Assembly (NCBI GenBank): GCA_035702815.1 | Contig: DASSZO010000092.1 | Coordinates: 7,004-71,003, forward strand | Origin: Candidatus Aquilonibacter sp. | GTDB lineage: Bacteria; Vulcanimicrobiota; Vulcanimicrobiia; Vulcanimicrobiales; Vulcanimicrobiaceae | Length of the DNA: 64,000 nt | Reading direction: 5' to 3' | Shown here: one piece after another, positions 1 through 9,138 of the stretch | Position numbering within the stretch: position 1 is the first letter of the stretch | Layout: every line of letters begins with the position of its first letter | The notes under the pieces: model-generated | What the model was told of the DNA's origin: nothing | Databases searched by the model: none | What the model saw: only the letters and a program-made list of their open reading frames with translations | Position numbers and translations under genes: made by a program

Positions 1-169
1 GCGGTAATATCGGTACGCCCGCCCGATGGAGCGCGTGAAAGACGCGATAGGCGACGATCGCGTGAAAGCCCGGATACGACAAGACGATGTCGAGCGCTCC
101 GCGAGCCGCCGGGTCGCGTTCAAGCGGCGTGCGCAAATCGCCCGCGAGCGATGCGAGCAGGCTAGGCAT
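1..169 (-). CDS. cysE: Serine O-acetyltransferase, N-terminal fragment; the gene continues past the left edge of the window
   Basis: Hand translation of the minus strand from ATG 169-167 gives MPSLLASLAGDLRTPLERDPAARGALDIVLSYPGFHAIVAYRVFHALHRAGVPILP. The DPAAR..(L)xYPGFHAI..YR..HxL block is the conserved CysE N-terminal region. The ATG overlaps the upstream TAG (162-164). Absent from the ORF track because fewer than 60 aa lie in the window. Confidence 0.7.
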   Translation of the reverse strand, partial: MPSLLASLAGDLRTPLERDPAARGALDIVLSYPGFHAIVAYRVFHALHRAGVPILP

Positions 170-710
170 CTGCAGGCGGCTCCGAGCGAATCGGTTCGAA
201 CGGCTTACCGTCGGGACCATAGCGAATCGGTTCGAGCCCACGTCCGTGCAGCAGCCGCGAATTGACCGCGCCGATTCGAATCAGCATACGGTCGTGTCCG
301 AGCAGCGGAAAGAGCAATTCCAGCGGCGGCCCGGCGCTTTGTCCCGTCAGCGCCATGCGCGCGGCGTAGAGCGCATCGTCTGCCGCAATGCCGAATTCTT
401 GGGCGATCGCGGGAATGTCGTGCCCAAGCGGCAGGCCGCGTAACTCCGGCTGATGATCGATGTACTGGCCGAGCGAGTCAAGGAAAAACAGCACGTTGCG
501 GGTGCGCAGCCGCTCGAGCTCCAGCGCCGGAATCACGCACGCCTCCGCGCGCAGCGCGGCAACGAGGGAAAAAGCATCATCCGCAGTGGCGACCTGGTCT
601 CCATACGCCTCTAAGAACGTGTCGATCCAGCGAAGGGCTGCATCGGGTGCCGGCGCTTCGAGAAATCCCCAGCGCTGCATCGCAGTCATCAACTGCGCCG
701 CGGATACCAT
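162..710 (-). CDS. Stand-alone glutamyl-tRNA synthetase C-terminal (anticodon-binding) domain-like protein, 182 aa, with no catalytic domain
   Basis: The tail ...ARMALTGQSAGPPLELLFPLLGHDRMLIRI resembles the conserved GluRS C-terminal end (R-x-A-L-T-G...P.L.....LG). It occupies the gltX slot between ispF and cysE. ATG 710-708 overlaps the ispF TGA by 1 nt. Confidence 0.55.
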   Translation of the reverse strand: MVSAAQLMTAMQRWGFLEAPAPDAALRWIDTFLEAYGDQVATADDAFSLVAALRAEACVIPALELERLRTRNVLFFLDSLGQYIDHQPELRGLPLGHDIPAIAQEFGIAADDALYAARMALTGQSAGPPLELLFPLLGHDRMLIRIGAVNSRLLHGRGLEPIRYGPDGKPFEPIRSEPPADA

Positions 711-1192
711 CAGGCGTGTTCCCTCTTCTCCAAAGCCGCAACGGCGTACGCGGCGATGCCGCTGCCGTCACCCGTATACCCCATTCCCTCGCTCGTCTTG
801 GCCTTCACGCTGACGTCCTCGAGCGGAAGTTCGAGACGGGTTGCCAGGTTCTCGCGCATAGCTCCGATATACGGCGCGAGCTTCGGACGGTCGACGACGA
901 TCGTCGCATCGATGTTGATGATGCGGTATCCCGCCTCGCGAACCCGGCCGGCGCAGGCCTCGAGGAGCACGAGCGAGTCGGCGTCCTTCCACTGCGGGTC
1001 GCTGTCCGGGAAATGTCCGCCGAGGTCGCCGAGCGCGGCAGCGCCGAGCAAGGCATCGGAAACGGCATGCGCGAGCGCATCGGCATCGGAATGCCCCAAA
1101 AGGCCGCGTTCGTACGGAATTTCAACGCCGCCGAGAATCAGCGGGCGCCCTTGCGTAAACCGGTGCGCATCGAAGCCGTGCCCCACGCGCAT
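710..1192 (-). CDS. ispF: 2-C-methyl-D-erythritol 2,4-cyclodiphosphate synthase
   Basis: [11 protein letters not shown]...[19 protein letters not shown]...[19 protein letters not shown] is a classic IspF sequence. ATG at 1192 forms an ATGA overlap with the ispD stop. The track start at 1195 is an upstream GTG. Confidence 0.95.
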   Translation of the reverse strand: MRVGHGFDAHRFTQGRPLILGGVEIPYERGLLGHSDADALAHAVSDALLGAAALGDLGGHFPDSDPQWKDADSLVLLEACAGRVREAGYRIINIDATIVVDRPKLAPYIGAMRENLATRLELPLEDVSVKAKTSEGMGYTGDGSGIAAYAVAALEKREHA

Positions 1193-2145
1193 CACGGGCG
1201 ACTCGCTTCGCCGCGTCCGGCGTAGTGCGAAAAGCGTGCGGTGAAGGTTGCGGTGCCGTCGGCAAAGGCCTCGAAGCGCGAACCGAAACCGCGCAACGCG
1301 CTCGCCTCCACGTAGGCGCGCACGACCGCTCCGGACGGGAGGTCGCGATCGACGCCGTCGATCGTCGCGCCGCGGCCTTCCAACTCACGTTCGACGGCCT
1401 CGACGAGCGCATCGTCGGCAAAGACTTCGACCAACAGTACTTCTTCTTCGTGCGGCGCATGGTCCACGCGCTCGGCCAACAGCGTCTGCGCTCGCAACAC
1501 ATCCGAAGGATGCGTGACTTTAAAGTTTTCGTTCGACGCCGGAACGACGATCACGTCGACGCCGATCGCTTCGAGCAACGCGACGTCGTCGGTTGCGTCC
1601 ACGCCTTCGCGCGCAGCGTACGCGTGTGCGCGTTCGAGTTCGCGCCGCATCGCAAACTGCGGCGTCTGAGCCGCCCATAGTTCACCGCGGGTAAGCGTTC
1701 GACGAACGGTCATCGTTGACGGATCCACCACCTTGATCGTATCGACGACCGGCGCCGCCAGCACGGCAGCTCTCCCGGCGCGTACTTCACGCATGCCGAG
1801 ACGAACGTCTTGCGCCCGCACGAGCGGCCGTGCTCCATCGTGCACGAACACCGCTGCGCAGGCATCGGAGATCGCGCGAAGACCGTTGCGAACGCTTTCC
1901 TGACGGGTGGCGCCTCCGGCAACGACGCGTGAGGCATGCGACGGCGCAAGTTGCGCAAGCAGCAACCGCATCGGCTCGATCCACTCTTCCTCGGTCACCA
2001 CGACGAGCTCGCCGATTTCGGGCATCGCATCGAAGGTTCGTAACGACCAGCCCACCATCGGCAAACCGCCGATTTCGACGAATTGTTTAGGTCCTCCAAA
2101 GCGGGTTCCGCGTCCCGCCGCGACCACGATCGATCCCCAGTTCAT
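1192..2145 (-). CDS. ispD: 2-C-methyl-D-erythritol 4-phosphate cytidylyltransferase with a ~85-aa C-terminal extra domain
   Basis: The N-terminus [22 protein letters not shown] is the IspD P-loop-like motif. At 317 aa it is well beyond the usual ~230 aa. ATGA overlap with the upstream PIN/TRAM gene. Confidence 0.9.
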   Translation of the reverse strand: MNWGSIVVAAGRGTRFGGPKQFVEIGGLPMVGWSLRTFDAMPEIGELVVVTEEEWIEPMRLLLAQLAPSHASRVVAGGATRQESVRNGLRAISDACAAVFVHDGARPLVRAQDVRLGMREVRAGRAAVLAAPVVDTIKVVDPSTMTVRRTLTRGELWAAQTPQFAMRRELERAHAYAAREGVDATDDVALLEAIGVDVIVVPASNENFKVTHPSDVLRAQTLLAERVDHAPHEEEVLLVEVFADDALVEAVERELEGRGATIDGVDRDLPSGAVVRAYVEASALRGFGSRFEAFADGTATFTARFSHYAGRGEASRP

Positions 2146-3194
2146 CGTGCCGTCGTGCTCTGCGTCTTTGGACGCGCAAAGATCATGCGGCCGGCCACCG
2201 TTTGCAGCACGCTGGTCACCACCACATCCGTCTCTTCGCCGATCAGGCGGCGTCCATGTTCGACCACAATCATCGTCCCGTCATCGAGATAACCGACGCC
2301 CTGATGCGATTCCTTGCCTTCGCGAATGACGCTAACATGCAGTTCTTCGCCCGGAAGCACGACCGGTTTGACGGCATTGGCCAGCTCGTTGATATTGAGA
2401 ACCTCGACCCCTTCAACCGCCGCGACGCGATTGAGATTGTAATCGTTGGTGAGAAGCCAGGCATGCATTTCCTTTGCAAGGCGGACGAGTTTTGCGTCCA
2501 CGTTACCCGGCGGCATATCGGTGTATTCGCGTTCGCCGATCTCCACCGGACGCATCTCTTGCAGTCGATGCAGCACCTCGAGACCGCGCCGTCCGCGGGT
2601 GCGTTTGAGCGGATCGACGGAGTCGGCTATGGTCTGCAACTCGCGAAGCACGAAACGCGGCACCAGGAGTGGCCCTTCGAGGAAGCCGCTCTCGGCGATC
2701 TCGATGATGCGCCCGTCGACGATGACCGACGTGTCGACCAGCTTAAGCACGGCGCCGCCGTCGCGCTCCGCCGCAAGCGGGCGCATTCCGACCTTCGATC
2801 CGACGCGCGCACCGAGATAGGCGCAAAACACCGCGACGATCAGATAGACGACGATCGCGAGATAGTGACCGGCGCGCCCGCCGAATGAGACGAATTCAAA
2901 CGCGATCGTTTTGACCAAGAGCGAGATGCCCAGCCCCGCGATCAGCCCGATCGCGCCGCCGGCAATCTCGGCCGGCGAAAGCCGCTCGATCGCGCCTTCC
3001 GCGAGGTTGAGTTCGTCCTCGAAAAAATTCTGCGCAAGCGGTGCGAGCAACACGCCGACGAGCGCCCCGGCAACCGATGAGCCGATCGAGAGGGCAAGTT
3101 GAAGCGACTCGTTTGCCACGTGGAGCGACAGCATCTTCAGATACGCCTCGCGCCCCAGCAAAAAGCCCGTCACCGCGAACACGACGATGAACAC
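2142..3194 (-). CDS. yacL: Membrane-anchored PIN/TRAM domain protein (YacL-like)
   Basis: Four N-terminal hydrophobic helices, then a PIN-like LKLVDTSVIVDGRI segment, then a C-terminal TRAM-like GEELHVSVIREGKESHQGVGYLDDGTMIVVEHG. Sits upstream of ispD-ispF as in Bacillus. Confidence 0.8.
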   Translation of the reverse strand: MFIVVFAVTGFLLGREAYLKMLSLHVANESLQLALSIGSSVAGALVGVLLAPLAQNFFEDELNLAEGAIERLSPAEIAGGAIGLIAGLGISLLVKTIAFEFVSFGGRAGHYLAIVVYLIVAVFCAYLGARVGSKVGMRPLAAERDGGAVLKLVDTSVIVDGRIIEIAESGFLEGPLLVPRFVLRELQTIADSVDPLKRTRGRRGLEVLHRLQEMRPVEIGEREYTDMPPGNVDAKLVRLAKEMHAWLLTNDYNLNRVAAVEGVEVLNINELANAVKPVVLPGEELHVSVIREGKESHQGVGYLDDGTMIVVEHGRRLIGEETDVVVTSVLQTVAGRMIFARPKTQSTTAR

Positions 3195-3229
3195 GGTTCG
3201 CAGGATTGCCCCCGATAGATTGTTGCCCG

Positions 3230-4357
3230 CTACTCGAATGTTACGAATGCTCCGCAGACGTCGTTTGCTACGAATCGGCCCTGCCGCGTGAGGCGCATCG
3301 CCCCATCGTCGACCACTAAGAGACCGGCGGCCGCGTACCGCTCGACGACCCGCCCGTAGTACGCGAGGACCTCGACGCCATACCGCTCTTTGAACTCCGC
3401 GAGACGGACCCCTTGCGCGGTACGCAACGCAAGCATGATCGCCTCACCCCACGCCTTGTGGGGTTCGAGGCGTTCGTACTCGGCCGGAATCGGAGCGCCC
3501 GCGACCGCGGCTTCCACGTACTCGTGCAGCTCACGGGTGTGAATACTGCGCGTGCCATCCCGGTACGACGCGGCCCCCACGCCGAAACCGATATATTCTC
3601 CGTTTTTCCAGTAATTGGCATTGTGCGCGCTGGAATGTCCCGGGCGTGCGAAATTGCTGATTTCGTAGTGTTCGAATCCGGCCTCGCCGAGCAGCGTAAT
3701 CGCTCGATCGTAGAGATCCGCCTCGTGTCCCTCTTGCGCGAATGCGGACGGCTCGCGCGCGAACCACGACGCGTACGGCGTTCCCTCTTCGACGGTTAAG
3801 CCGTACGTCGAAATATGATCGACGCCGAGCGCGATCGCCGACCGAAGCGACGCCTCCCACGAGGCCAGCGTTTGGCCCGGCACCGCAAAGATCAAATCGA
3901 GCGAGACGGATGCGATGCCGGCACTCCGCGCGAGACGCACGGCGCGTTCGATCTGCTCGGGCGTATGCTTGCGCCCGAGCGTGGCGATTTCGGCAGGCAC
4001 GAACGATTGGACGCCGATCGAGAGCCGGTTGACTCCGGCCGCCGCATAGCGATCGAAGTCCTCATCGCGCACGAGTTCGGGATTGATCTCGATCGTCGTT
4101 TCCGACACCGTCGAGGCCGCATTGTACCGATCGTTCAGAAGCGCAAGCAGCCGCACGATGGATTGCGGATCGTACGCATTGGGCGTTCCGCCTCCGAGAA
4201 AGATCGTACCGGCGCCTTCGGCAGGCGCCGCGTCGATCTCCGCCGTGAGCGCGTTCAGGTAGGCATCGGCACTGCTGCGGCGCATCGGCCACTTCGCGAA
4301 GTCGCAATAGGGACAGATGTACGGGCAAAACGGGAGATGGACGTAGATTCCAAGCAT
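3230..4357 (-). CDS. hemW: Radical SAM heme chaperone / oxygen-independent coproporphyrinogen oxidase-like protein
   Basis: MLGIYVHLPFCPYICPYCDF contains the CxxxCxxC radical-SAM cluster motif. About 375 aa, which is HemW-sized. Start trimmed to ATG 4357, because the longer ORF would overlap the upstream degV. Confidence 0.85.
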   Translation of the reverse strand: MLGIYVHLPFCPYICPYCDFAKWPMRRSSADAYLNALTAEIDAAPAEGAGTIFLGGGTPNAYDPQSIVRLLALLNDRYNAASTVSETTIEINPELVRDEDFDRYAAAGVNRLSIGVQSFVPAEIATLGRKHTPEQIERAVRLARSAGIASVSLDLIFAVPGQTLASWEASLRSAIALGVDHISTYGLTVEEGTPYASWFAREPSAFAQEGHEADLYDRAITLLGEAGFEHYEISNFARPGHSSAHNANYWKNGEYIGFGVGAASYRDGTRSIHTRELHEYVEAAVAGAPIPAEYERLEPHKAWGEAIMLALRTAQGVRLAEFKERYGVEVLAYYGRVVERYAAAGLLVVDDGAMRLTRQGRFVANDVCGAFVTFE

Positions 4358-4409
4358 GAGGCTCCGGCTCTCTTCGTCGCCGAAGCTCGCATTTACCGCG
4401 GTGCGCGCC

Positions 4410-5255
4410 TTAGGGCACGATTGCAAAGACGCCGATCGCGCCTTCGCCCATGTGCGAGGCAATCGTCAGCGTCGATTCGTGAATGAGTTCTTTGGCGGGT
4501 GGATGCCCCAGCTTTTCTTCGACCATTTTCTGCAGCTTGATAACGGTATCGGCGGCATGCACGTGTGAATATGCAACCCAAGCATTGGGCGCGTGCGCGA
4601 TCGTTCGCACGACCGCATCGACCATCAACTCCGTCGTCTTGTCATACGAGCGGCTCTGGCCGGCCGGAGCGATCGCACCTTGCTCGTTCATTTTGAGCAC
4701 GAGGCTGACGTTCAACATCGAACCGAGCGCGACGACCGCTTTGGGAAGGCGGCCGCTTTTGCCCAGCGCGTTCATGTTCGGAACGGAAAAATACGCTGCC
4801 GTCTTGAGCGTTGCGGGATCGATCTTTCGCGCGATCTCCGCGGCGCTCTCGCCGGCCTTCGCGCGTTCCGCCGCATAGATCGCAAGCAGTGACTCAAGAC
4901 CGCTGGCGCCGCGCGAGTCGACGACCTTCACGCGGTCGCCGAACGATGCGGCCGCCGCCGTTGCGTGCTCGAACGATTTAGAGATTTGCGACGAGAGCGC
5001 GATCATCACGACGTCATGTCCCGATCCGACGAGCCGGTTGAACACCGCCTGGTAATCCTCGGACCGCGCCGGCTCCGTCGTTACGTTTTCGCCGGCTTCG
5101 ACCCGGCGATAATAGGTTGTACGATCGATATCGACGCCGTCGCGCAAACGTTCCGAACCAAAAAGGATGTAGACGGGAACGACCTCGATTCCGTAACGGC
5201 TTGCTTCAGAGGGTGTTAGGTCGTTTCCGCTATCGGTGACGATCGTTACTGCCAT
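4410..5255 (-). CDS. DegV family fatty-acid-binding protein
   Basis: MAVTIVTDSGNDLTPSEASRYGIEVVPVYILFG is a typical DegV N-terminus. An AAGGAG-like SD lies upstream. Confidence 0.85.
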   Translation of the reverse strand: MAVTIVTDSGNDLTPSEASRYGIEVVPVYILFGSERLRDGVDIDRTTYYRRVEAGENVTTEPARSEDYQAVFNRLVGSGHDVVMIALSSQISKSFEHATAAAASFGDRVKVVDSRGASGLESLLAIYAAERAKAGESAAEIARKIDPATLKTAAYFSVPNMNALGKSGRLPKAVVALGSMLNVSLVLKMNEQGAIAPAGQSRSYDKTTELMVDAVVRTIAHAPNAWVAYSHVHAADTVIKLQKMVEEKLGHPPAKELIHESTLTIASHMGEGAIGVFAIVP

Positions 5256-5264
5256 CCTCGCTCC

Positions 5265-6119
5265 TTACTCGTCGGCTGCGACGAAGATTCCAACTGCACC
5301 CGCGCCGGCATGCGTTGCAATGACCGGCCCCGCTTCCAAAATTTCGAGCAGACGCGGCGCTGCGCCATTTAAACGTTCGGTCAACTTTGCCATCGCGTTC
5401 TCGGCCAGGTGCGGCGCGTTGGTGTGCATGACGAGAAACCGCGCCTTTTCCGGAGCAGGCGCGGCCGCCATCGCCAAGTCGAGCATCGTCTCTTGAGCGC
5501 GCGCGAAGGTTCGCACTTGCGCTTCGGCCGCGACTTGGCCATCTTTGAGCGCGAGTACCGGTACGATCCGCATGAGCGTTCCGAGCACTTGCTGCGCCTT
5601 GCCGATGCGTCCCGTCCGTTGCAGATGCGACAGATCGGGAATGCATGCGTAGAGGCGTTGCGTCGCGCGTTCGTGATCGAGCACGTGAAGAATCGCATCG
5701 AGCGAAGCTCCCGACGACGCCATCTCCGCCGCGCGCATGACCATCATGCCCAACCCGCCGGCCGCGCTCTGCGAATCGTAGATCGCGATGCGCTCGTCGC
5801 CGAGCGCCTGCGCCGCCGCGCGCGCGGCGTTGATCGTGCCCGAGAGAAACGACGAGATCGTGATGCAGAGCACCTGATCTCCGGCTTCGATCAACGGCGC
5901 AAACGCATCCTCGAACATCTGCGCGGTGGGTTGCGAGGTCGTCGGCAGATCCTTCTGCGTGGCGAGCATTTCGTAGAACTGCGGACGCGAAAGGTCGAGG
6001 TAGTCGCGATATCCGCGATTTCCGAACAGGACGAAAAGCGGCACGACGGTGACGCCGAGTTGCTCGGCGCGCTCGGGCGAGAGATCCGAGGTGCTGTCCG
6101 TAACGATCCTAATAGCCAC
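5265..6119 (-). CDS. DegV family fatty-acid-binding protein (tandem paralog)
   Basis: AIRIVTDSTSDLSPERAEQLGVTVVPLFVLFG. GTG start at 6119. Confidence 0.85.
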   Translation of the reverse strand: MAIRIVTDSTSDLSPERAEQLGVTVVPLFVLFGNRGYRDYLDLSRPQFYEMLATQKDLPTTSQPTAQMFEDAFAPLIEAGDQVLCITISSFLSGTINAARAAAQALGDERIAIYDSQSAAGGLGMMVMRAAEMASSGASLDAILHVLDHERATQRLYACIPDLSHLQRTGRIGKAQQVLGTLMRIVPVLALKDGQVAAEAQVRTFARAQETMLDLAMAAAPAPEKARFLVMHTNAPHLAENAMAKLTERLNGAAPRLLEILEAGPVIATHAGAGAVGIFVAADE

Positions 6120-6161
6120 CGATCAACATTCCTTTATCGATCTTCGAGAGGAGCGCCGCGC

Positions 6162-7172
6162 CTAGGCCTCTTTTGCCAGGTGCGGCGTGATCAATTCCGT
6201 GATCTTTCCAACGACGTCGTTCTCAGCTTCAGCGATGGCACTGCCAATCGCGTTTTTGATGCCGCGTCGCGTCACGCGCCCGTGCGTGTAGAAACAGTTT
6301 CCTCGCAAGCCCAAGAGCGGCGCGCCGCCGATCGTCTCGTAATCAAAGCGCTTGCCCAGATTGCGCAATGCCGGCGCCAACAAGAAGGCGCCGACCTTCG
6401 TCATGATTCCGCCGCCCAGCAGCGTGTCTTTGATCACCTTACCCATCGCCGAGACCATGCCTTCGCTCGTCTTGAGCAGGACGTTTCCGACGAAGCCGTC
6501 GGCGACGATCACGTCGGCGACGTTGTAAAACAGATCTTTGCCTTCGATATTTCCGATGAAGTTGACCGGCGCTTTCTCCAGGAGTGCGGCAGCCTCGAGC
6601 ACTTGGGTATTGCCTTTGGTTCGCTCTTCACCGATCGACATGACCGCGACACGCGGCGAGGCGATGCCGAGGACCGCCTTCGCATACGCCGATCCCATGA
6701 TGCCGAACTGTTCGAGCCATTCAGGCCGGCAATCGACGTTTGCGCCGGAATCGAGCAAGACGAAATTTCCGGTAAGCCCGGGCCAGACGGTGGCGATGGC
6801 GGGACGCGCGACACCTTCGATCGTGCGCAATCGAACGAGGGCAATCGCGAGGAACGCGCCGCTGTTTCCCGCCGAGACGACGGCGTCAGCGTCGCCGTTC
6901 TTGACCATCTTCACGGCGATTCCGAGCGAAGTCTTGTCCGACGAGCGCAAGGCTTGCGACGCGTGTTGATCCATCGGAACGGCCTCGGGAGCGTGGACGA
7001 CCGCAATGCGATCGGCGCCGGGGCCCCGCAGCAGCGCACGCACGCGCGGCTCGTCGCCGACGAGCGTTAACTCTGCGTCGAACTCATTGGCCGCCAGCAA
7101 CGCACCGGCGACGATTTCTTCAGGCGCATGGTCGCCGCCCATGGCGTCGATTGCGATGCGTGCTTTACTCAT
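6162..7172 (-). CDS. plsX: Phosphate acyltransferase
   Basis: RIAIDAMGGDHAPEEIVAGA is the PlsX signature. 336 aa. 8-nt overlap with the upstream gene's stop. Confidence 0.95.
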   Translation of the reverse strand: MSKARIAIDAMGGDHAPEEIVAGALLAANEFDAELTLVGDEPRVRALLRGPGADRIAVVHAPEAVPMDQHASQALRSSDKTSLGIAVKMVKNGDADAVVSAGNSGAFLAIALVRLRTIEGVARPAIATVWPGLTGNFVLLDSGANVDCRPEWLEQFGIMGSAYAKAVLGIASPRVAVMSIGEERTKGNTQVLEAAALLEKAPVNFIGNIEGKDLFYNVADVIVADGFVGNVLLKTSEGMVSAMGKVIKDTLLGGGIMTKVGAFLLAPALRNLGKRFDYETIGGAPLLGLRGNCFYTHGRVTRRGIKNAIGSAIAEAENDVVGKITELITPHLAKEA

Positions 7173-8757
7173 CGAGGGAGACCCAGTATTCCGCGTTTTT
7201 CATACCGCCGTAGTAGTATTCGACCTCGGCTTGCGAAAATACCGCAGCCAACTCTTCGGCCAGGCGCTGCGCGTCACGCTCGCGCTGCGCGCCGCCATAG
7301 TAGAGCGTCACGAGGCCGCCTTCGCCCGCGCCCATCGCACGGACCGCCGCCGTAGCCGCTTCACCGATGGTTTCTCCCCCGTAGAGCGCGCCGGCGGCGA
7401 GCGCAGCCGGTTTGCCCTTCACGACCGTCGTTCCGCCGACCGACGCGTCCTTACCGGCAAAGAAAACCTGTGCGCTCTTGACGCGCGATGCCTCGCGCAA
7501 GAGGACGTCCGCATCCGGACGTTGCGCCTGGCCCGCGCCGCGGAGCGCGAAGAGCGCCGCAATCCCGCCGACGATGTCGGTCGTCGGAATCACGCGCACG
7601 CGTTTATCGGTCAGTTTTTCGACCTCGCGCGCCGCGAGCGCGACGTTCTTATCGTTGACGAAGAGCAAGACGTCGTTCGATAGCGTCTTATTGACGGCCA
7701 AGAGCAAATCGCGAACGCTGGGATTTTTCGAGCCGTTGACGGTGACTTCGGCGCCGAGTTCCCGCACGATTCGATCGAAGCCGTCCCCAGGGACGACGGC
7801 GATGATCGATTGGCCCGCCTGCGGCGTGTCGACGACGAGGACGTTGTGTTGGTTTTCCATGTCGTCGACTTTGACGCGAGTGAGCGTGCCGTGACGGCCC
7901 GCGATCTCTTGCACCCGCGACGGGTTATCGGTGTGAATGTGCACTTTGATCGTCGGCGGTCCGCCGATGACGAGCAGCGACTCACCGCGCGGCGCGAGCG
8001 CTTCGCGCAAATCGAGCGCGCTGATGTGCGCGTCCTCGAGGATGAATTCCGTACAAAACTTGTTCTCGCCGACGACTTGCGATGCGGTAAAGACATTCTG
8101 CCGGACGGGACGCCGCGGAAATGCCGTCGCGCGCACCTTGACCTCGGGGAGAAACCGCAAGATGCCCTCGAGGAAATAGACGAAGCCCGCGCCGCCCGAA
8201 TCGACCACTCCCGCCTCCTTGAGTGCAGGGAGTTGATCGGGCGTACGGTCGAGCGCCTCGTTGGCGGCCCGCAGCACGCCGCTTCCAAACCGGTAAAAAT
8301 CGCGTTCGTGCAGCGCAAGGTGGTAGGCGGCATCGGCGGCGGCCTCGGCGACCGAGATGATCGTGCCTTCCACGGGTTTGAGGAGCGCCTGTTTGGCGGC
8401 GGCGACGGCCTCGCGCATGCCGGTGGCCAGCATGAACGTGTCGATCTCGCTGCGGTGACGCACGTGGTGGGCAAAGCCGCGGAGCATCTGCGAAATGATG
8501 ACGCCGGAGTTCCCGCGTGCACCCATGAGGCTGCCCTCGGCCGCCGCGGCCGCTACATCCGCTAAGCGGTTCGAGCGGGTCTTGGACGCCTGAAGCATCG
8601 CGGAGCGGACGGTCAGGTACATGTTCGTCCCCGTGTCCCCGTCGGGGACCGGGAAGACGTTGAGGTCGTTGAGGACCTGGCGGTACTTTCGCAAGAAGTA
8701 GGTGCCGGCCGCCACGAACTTGGCATACGCGCGGCCATCGAGCGCGATGACGTCCAC
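7165..8757 (-). CDS. DAK2 (DhaL-like) domain fusion protein, YloV family
   Basis: LNVFPVPDGDTGTNM is the DAK2 motif. Long DegV-like C-terminal half. Divergent from rpmB as in Bacillus. Start placed at GTG 8757; the track's TTG at 8799 would lie inside the putative rpmB -35 box. Start uncertain. Confidence 0.85.
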   Translation of the reverse strand: MDVIALDGRAYAKFVAAGTYFLRKYRQVLNDLNVFPVPDGDTGTNMYLTVRSAMLQASKTRSNRLADVAAAAAEGSLMGARGNSGVIISQMLRGFAHHVRHRSEIDTFMLATGMREAVAAAKQALLKPVEGTIISVAEAAADAAYHLALHERDFYRFGSGVLRAANEALDRTPDQLPALKEAGVVDSGGAGFVYFLEGILRFLPEVKVRATAFPRRPVRQNVFTASQVVGENKFCTEFILEDAHISALDLREALAPRGESLLVIGGPPTIKVHIHTDNPSRVQEIAGRHGTLTRVKVDDMENQHNVLVVDTPQAGQSIIAVVPGDGFDRIVRELGAEVTVNGSKNPSVRDLLLAVNKTLSNDVLLFVNDKNVALAAREVEKLTDKRVRVIPTTDIVGGIAALFALRGAGQAQRPDADVLLREASRVKSAQVFFAGKDASVGGTTVVKGKPAALAAGALYGGETIGEAATAAVRAMGAGEGGLVTLYYGGAQRERDAQRLAEELAAVFSQAEVEYYYGGMKNAEYWVSLDE

Positions 8758-8792
8758 GGCTCGCGGTCTGCTTCGCCTAGCCGGTGGAATCC

Positions 8793-8821
8793 TTGTCAAC
8801 GCTAGAGCGGCGTGGTATTAT
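8793..8821 (+). promoter_or_regulatory. Candidate sigma-70-type promoter for rpmB
   Basis: TTGTCA (8793-8798), a 17-nt spacer, then TATTAT (8816-8821). About 75 nt upstream of the rpmB ATG, which has a GAGGA SD at 8886-8890. Confidence 0.4.
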
Positions 8822-8899
8822 CTGCGGGTTGCCCGGGAGCATGTGCATCCGGGTGCGACTTTTGTCAAAATCCACGAGTAGAGTAGAGGAACGTTCCCA

Positions 8900-9091
8900 A
8901 TGGCGAAGCGCTGCGAGATCTGTGGCAAGGGGCCGAAAGCCGGCAACAACGTCAGCCACGCGATGAACAAAACCAAGCGCCGCTGGCTGCCCAACTTGCA
9001 GTCGGTGAAGGTCAACGAGCTCGGCACGCACCGGACGGCCAAAGTCTGCACGTCCTGCATGCGCAGCAAACGCGTCACGCGCGCCGTTTAG
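8900..9091 (+). CDS. rpmB: 50S ribosomal protein L28
   Basis: [34 protein letters not shown] is an unmistakable L28 sequence. Confidence 0.97.
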   Translation: MAKRCEICGKGPKAGNNVSHAMNKTKRRWLPNLQSVKVNELGTHRTAKVCTSCMRSKRVTRAV

Positions 9092-9110
9092 CTCTACCCC
9101 AAACGTTTGC

Positions 9111-9138
9111 AAAAGCCGCCCGCCCGGGCGGCTTTTTT
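9111..9138. terminator. Bidirectional intrinsic terminator
   Basis: AAAA, GCCGCCC (9115-9121), loop GCCC, GGGCGGC (9126-9132), TTTTTT. Lies between convergent rpmB and the 144-aa ORF. A- and T-tracts flank the 7-bp GC stem. Confidence 0.75.

Noticed and set aside
26-443. Plus-strand ORFs 26-265 and 87-443 at the left edge
   Set aside because: They are antisense to the cysE N-terminus and the GluRS-C-like ORF, both of which have recognisable conserved sequence.
5409-7070. 553-aa plus-strand ORF, among the longer ORFs in the track
   Set aside because: It runs antisense to degV and plsX, which have unmistakable family motifs. Its product is Arg/Asp/His-rich low-complexity sequence, typical of antisense frames in high-GC DNA.
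8862-8867. Second TTGTCA hexamer upstream of rpmB, considered as a second promoter
   Set aside because: No acceptable -10 hexamer lies 16-18 nt downstream. The region at that distance is the AGAGGA Shine-Dalgarno sequence.
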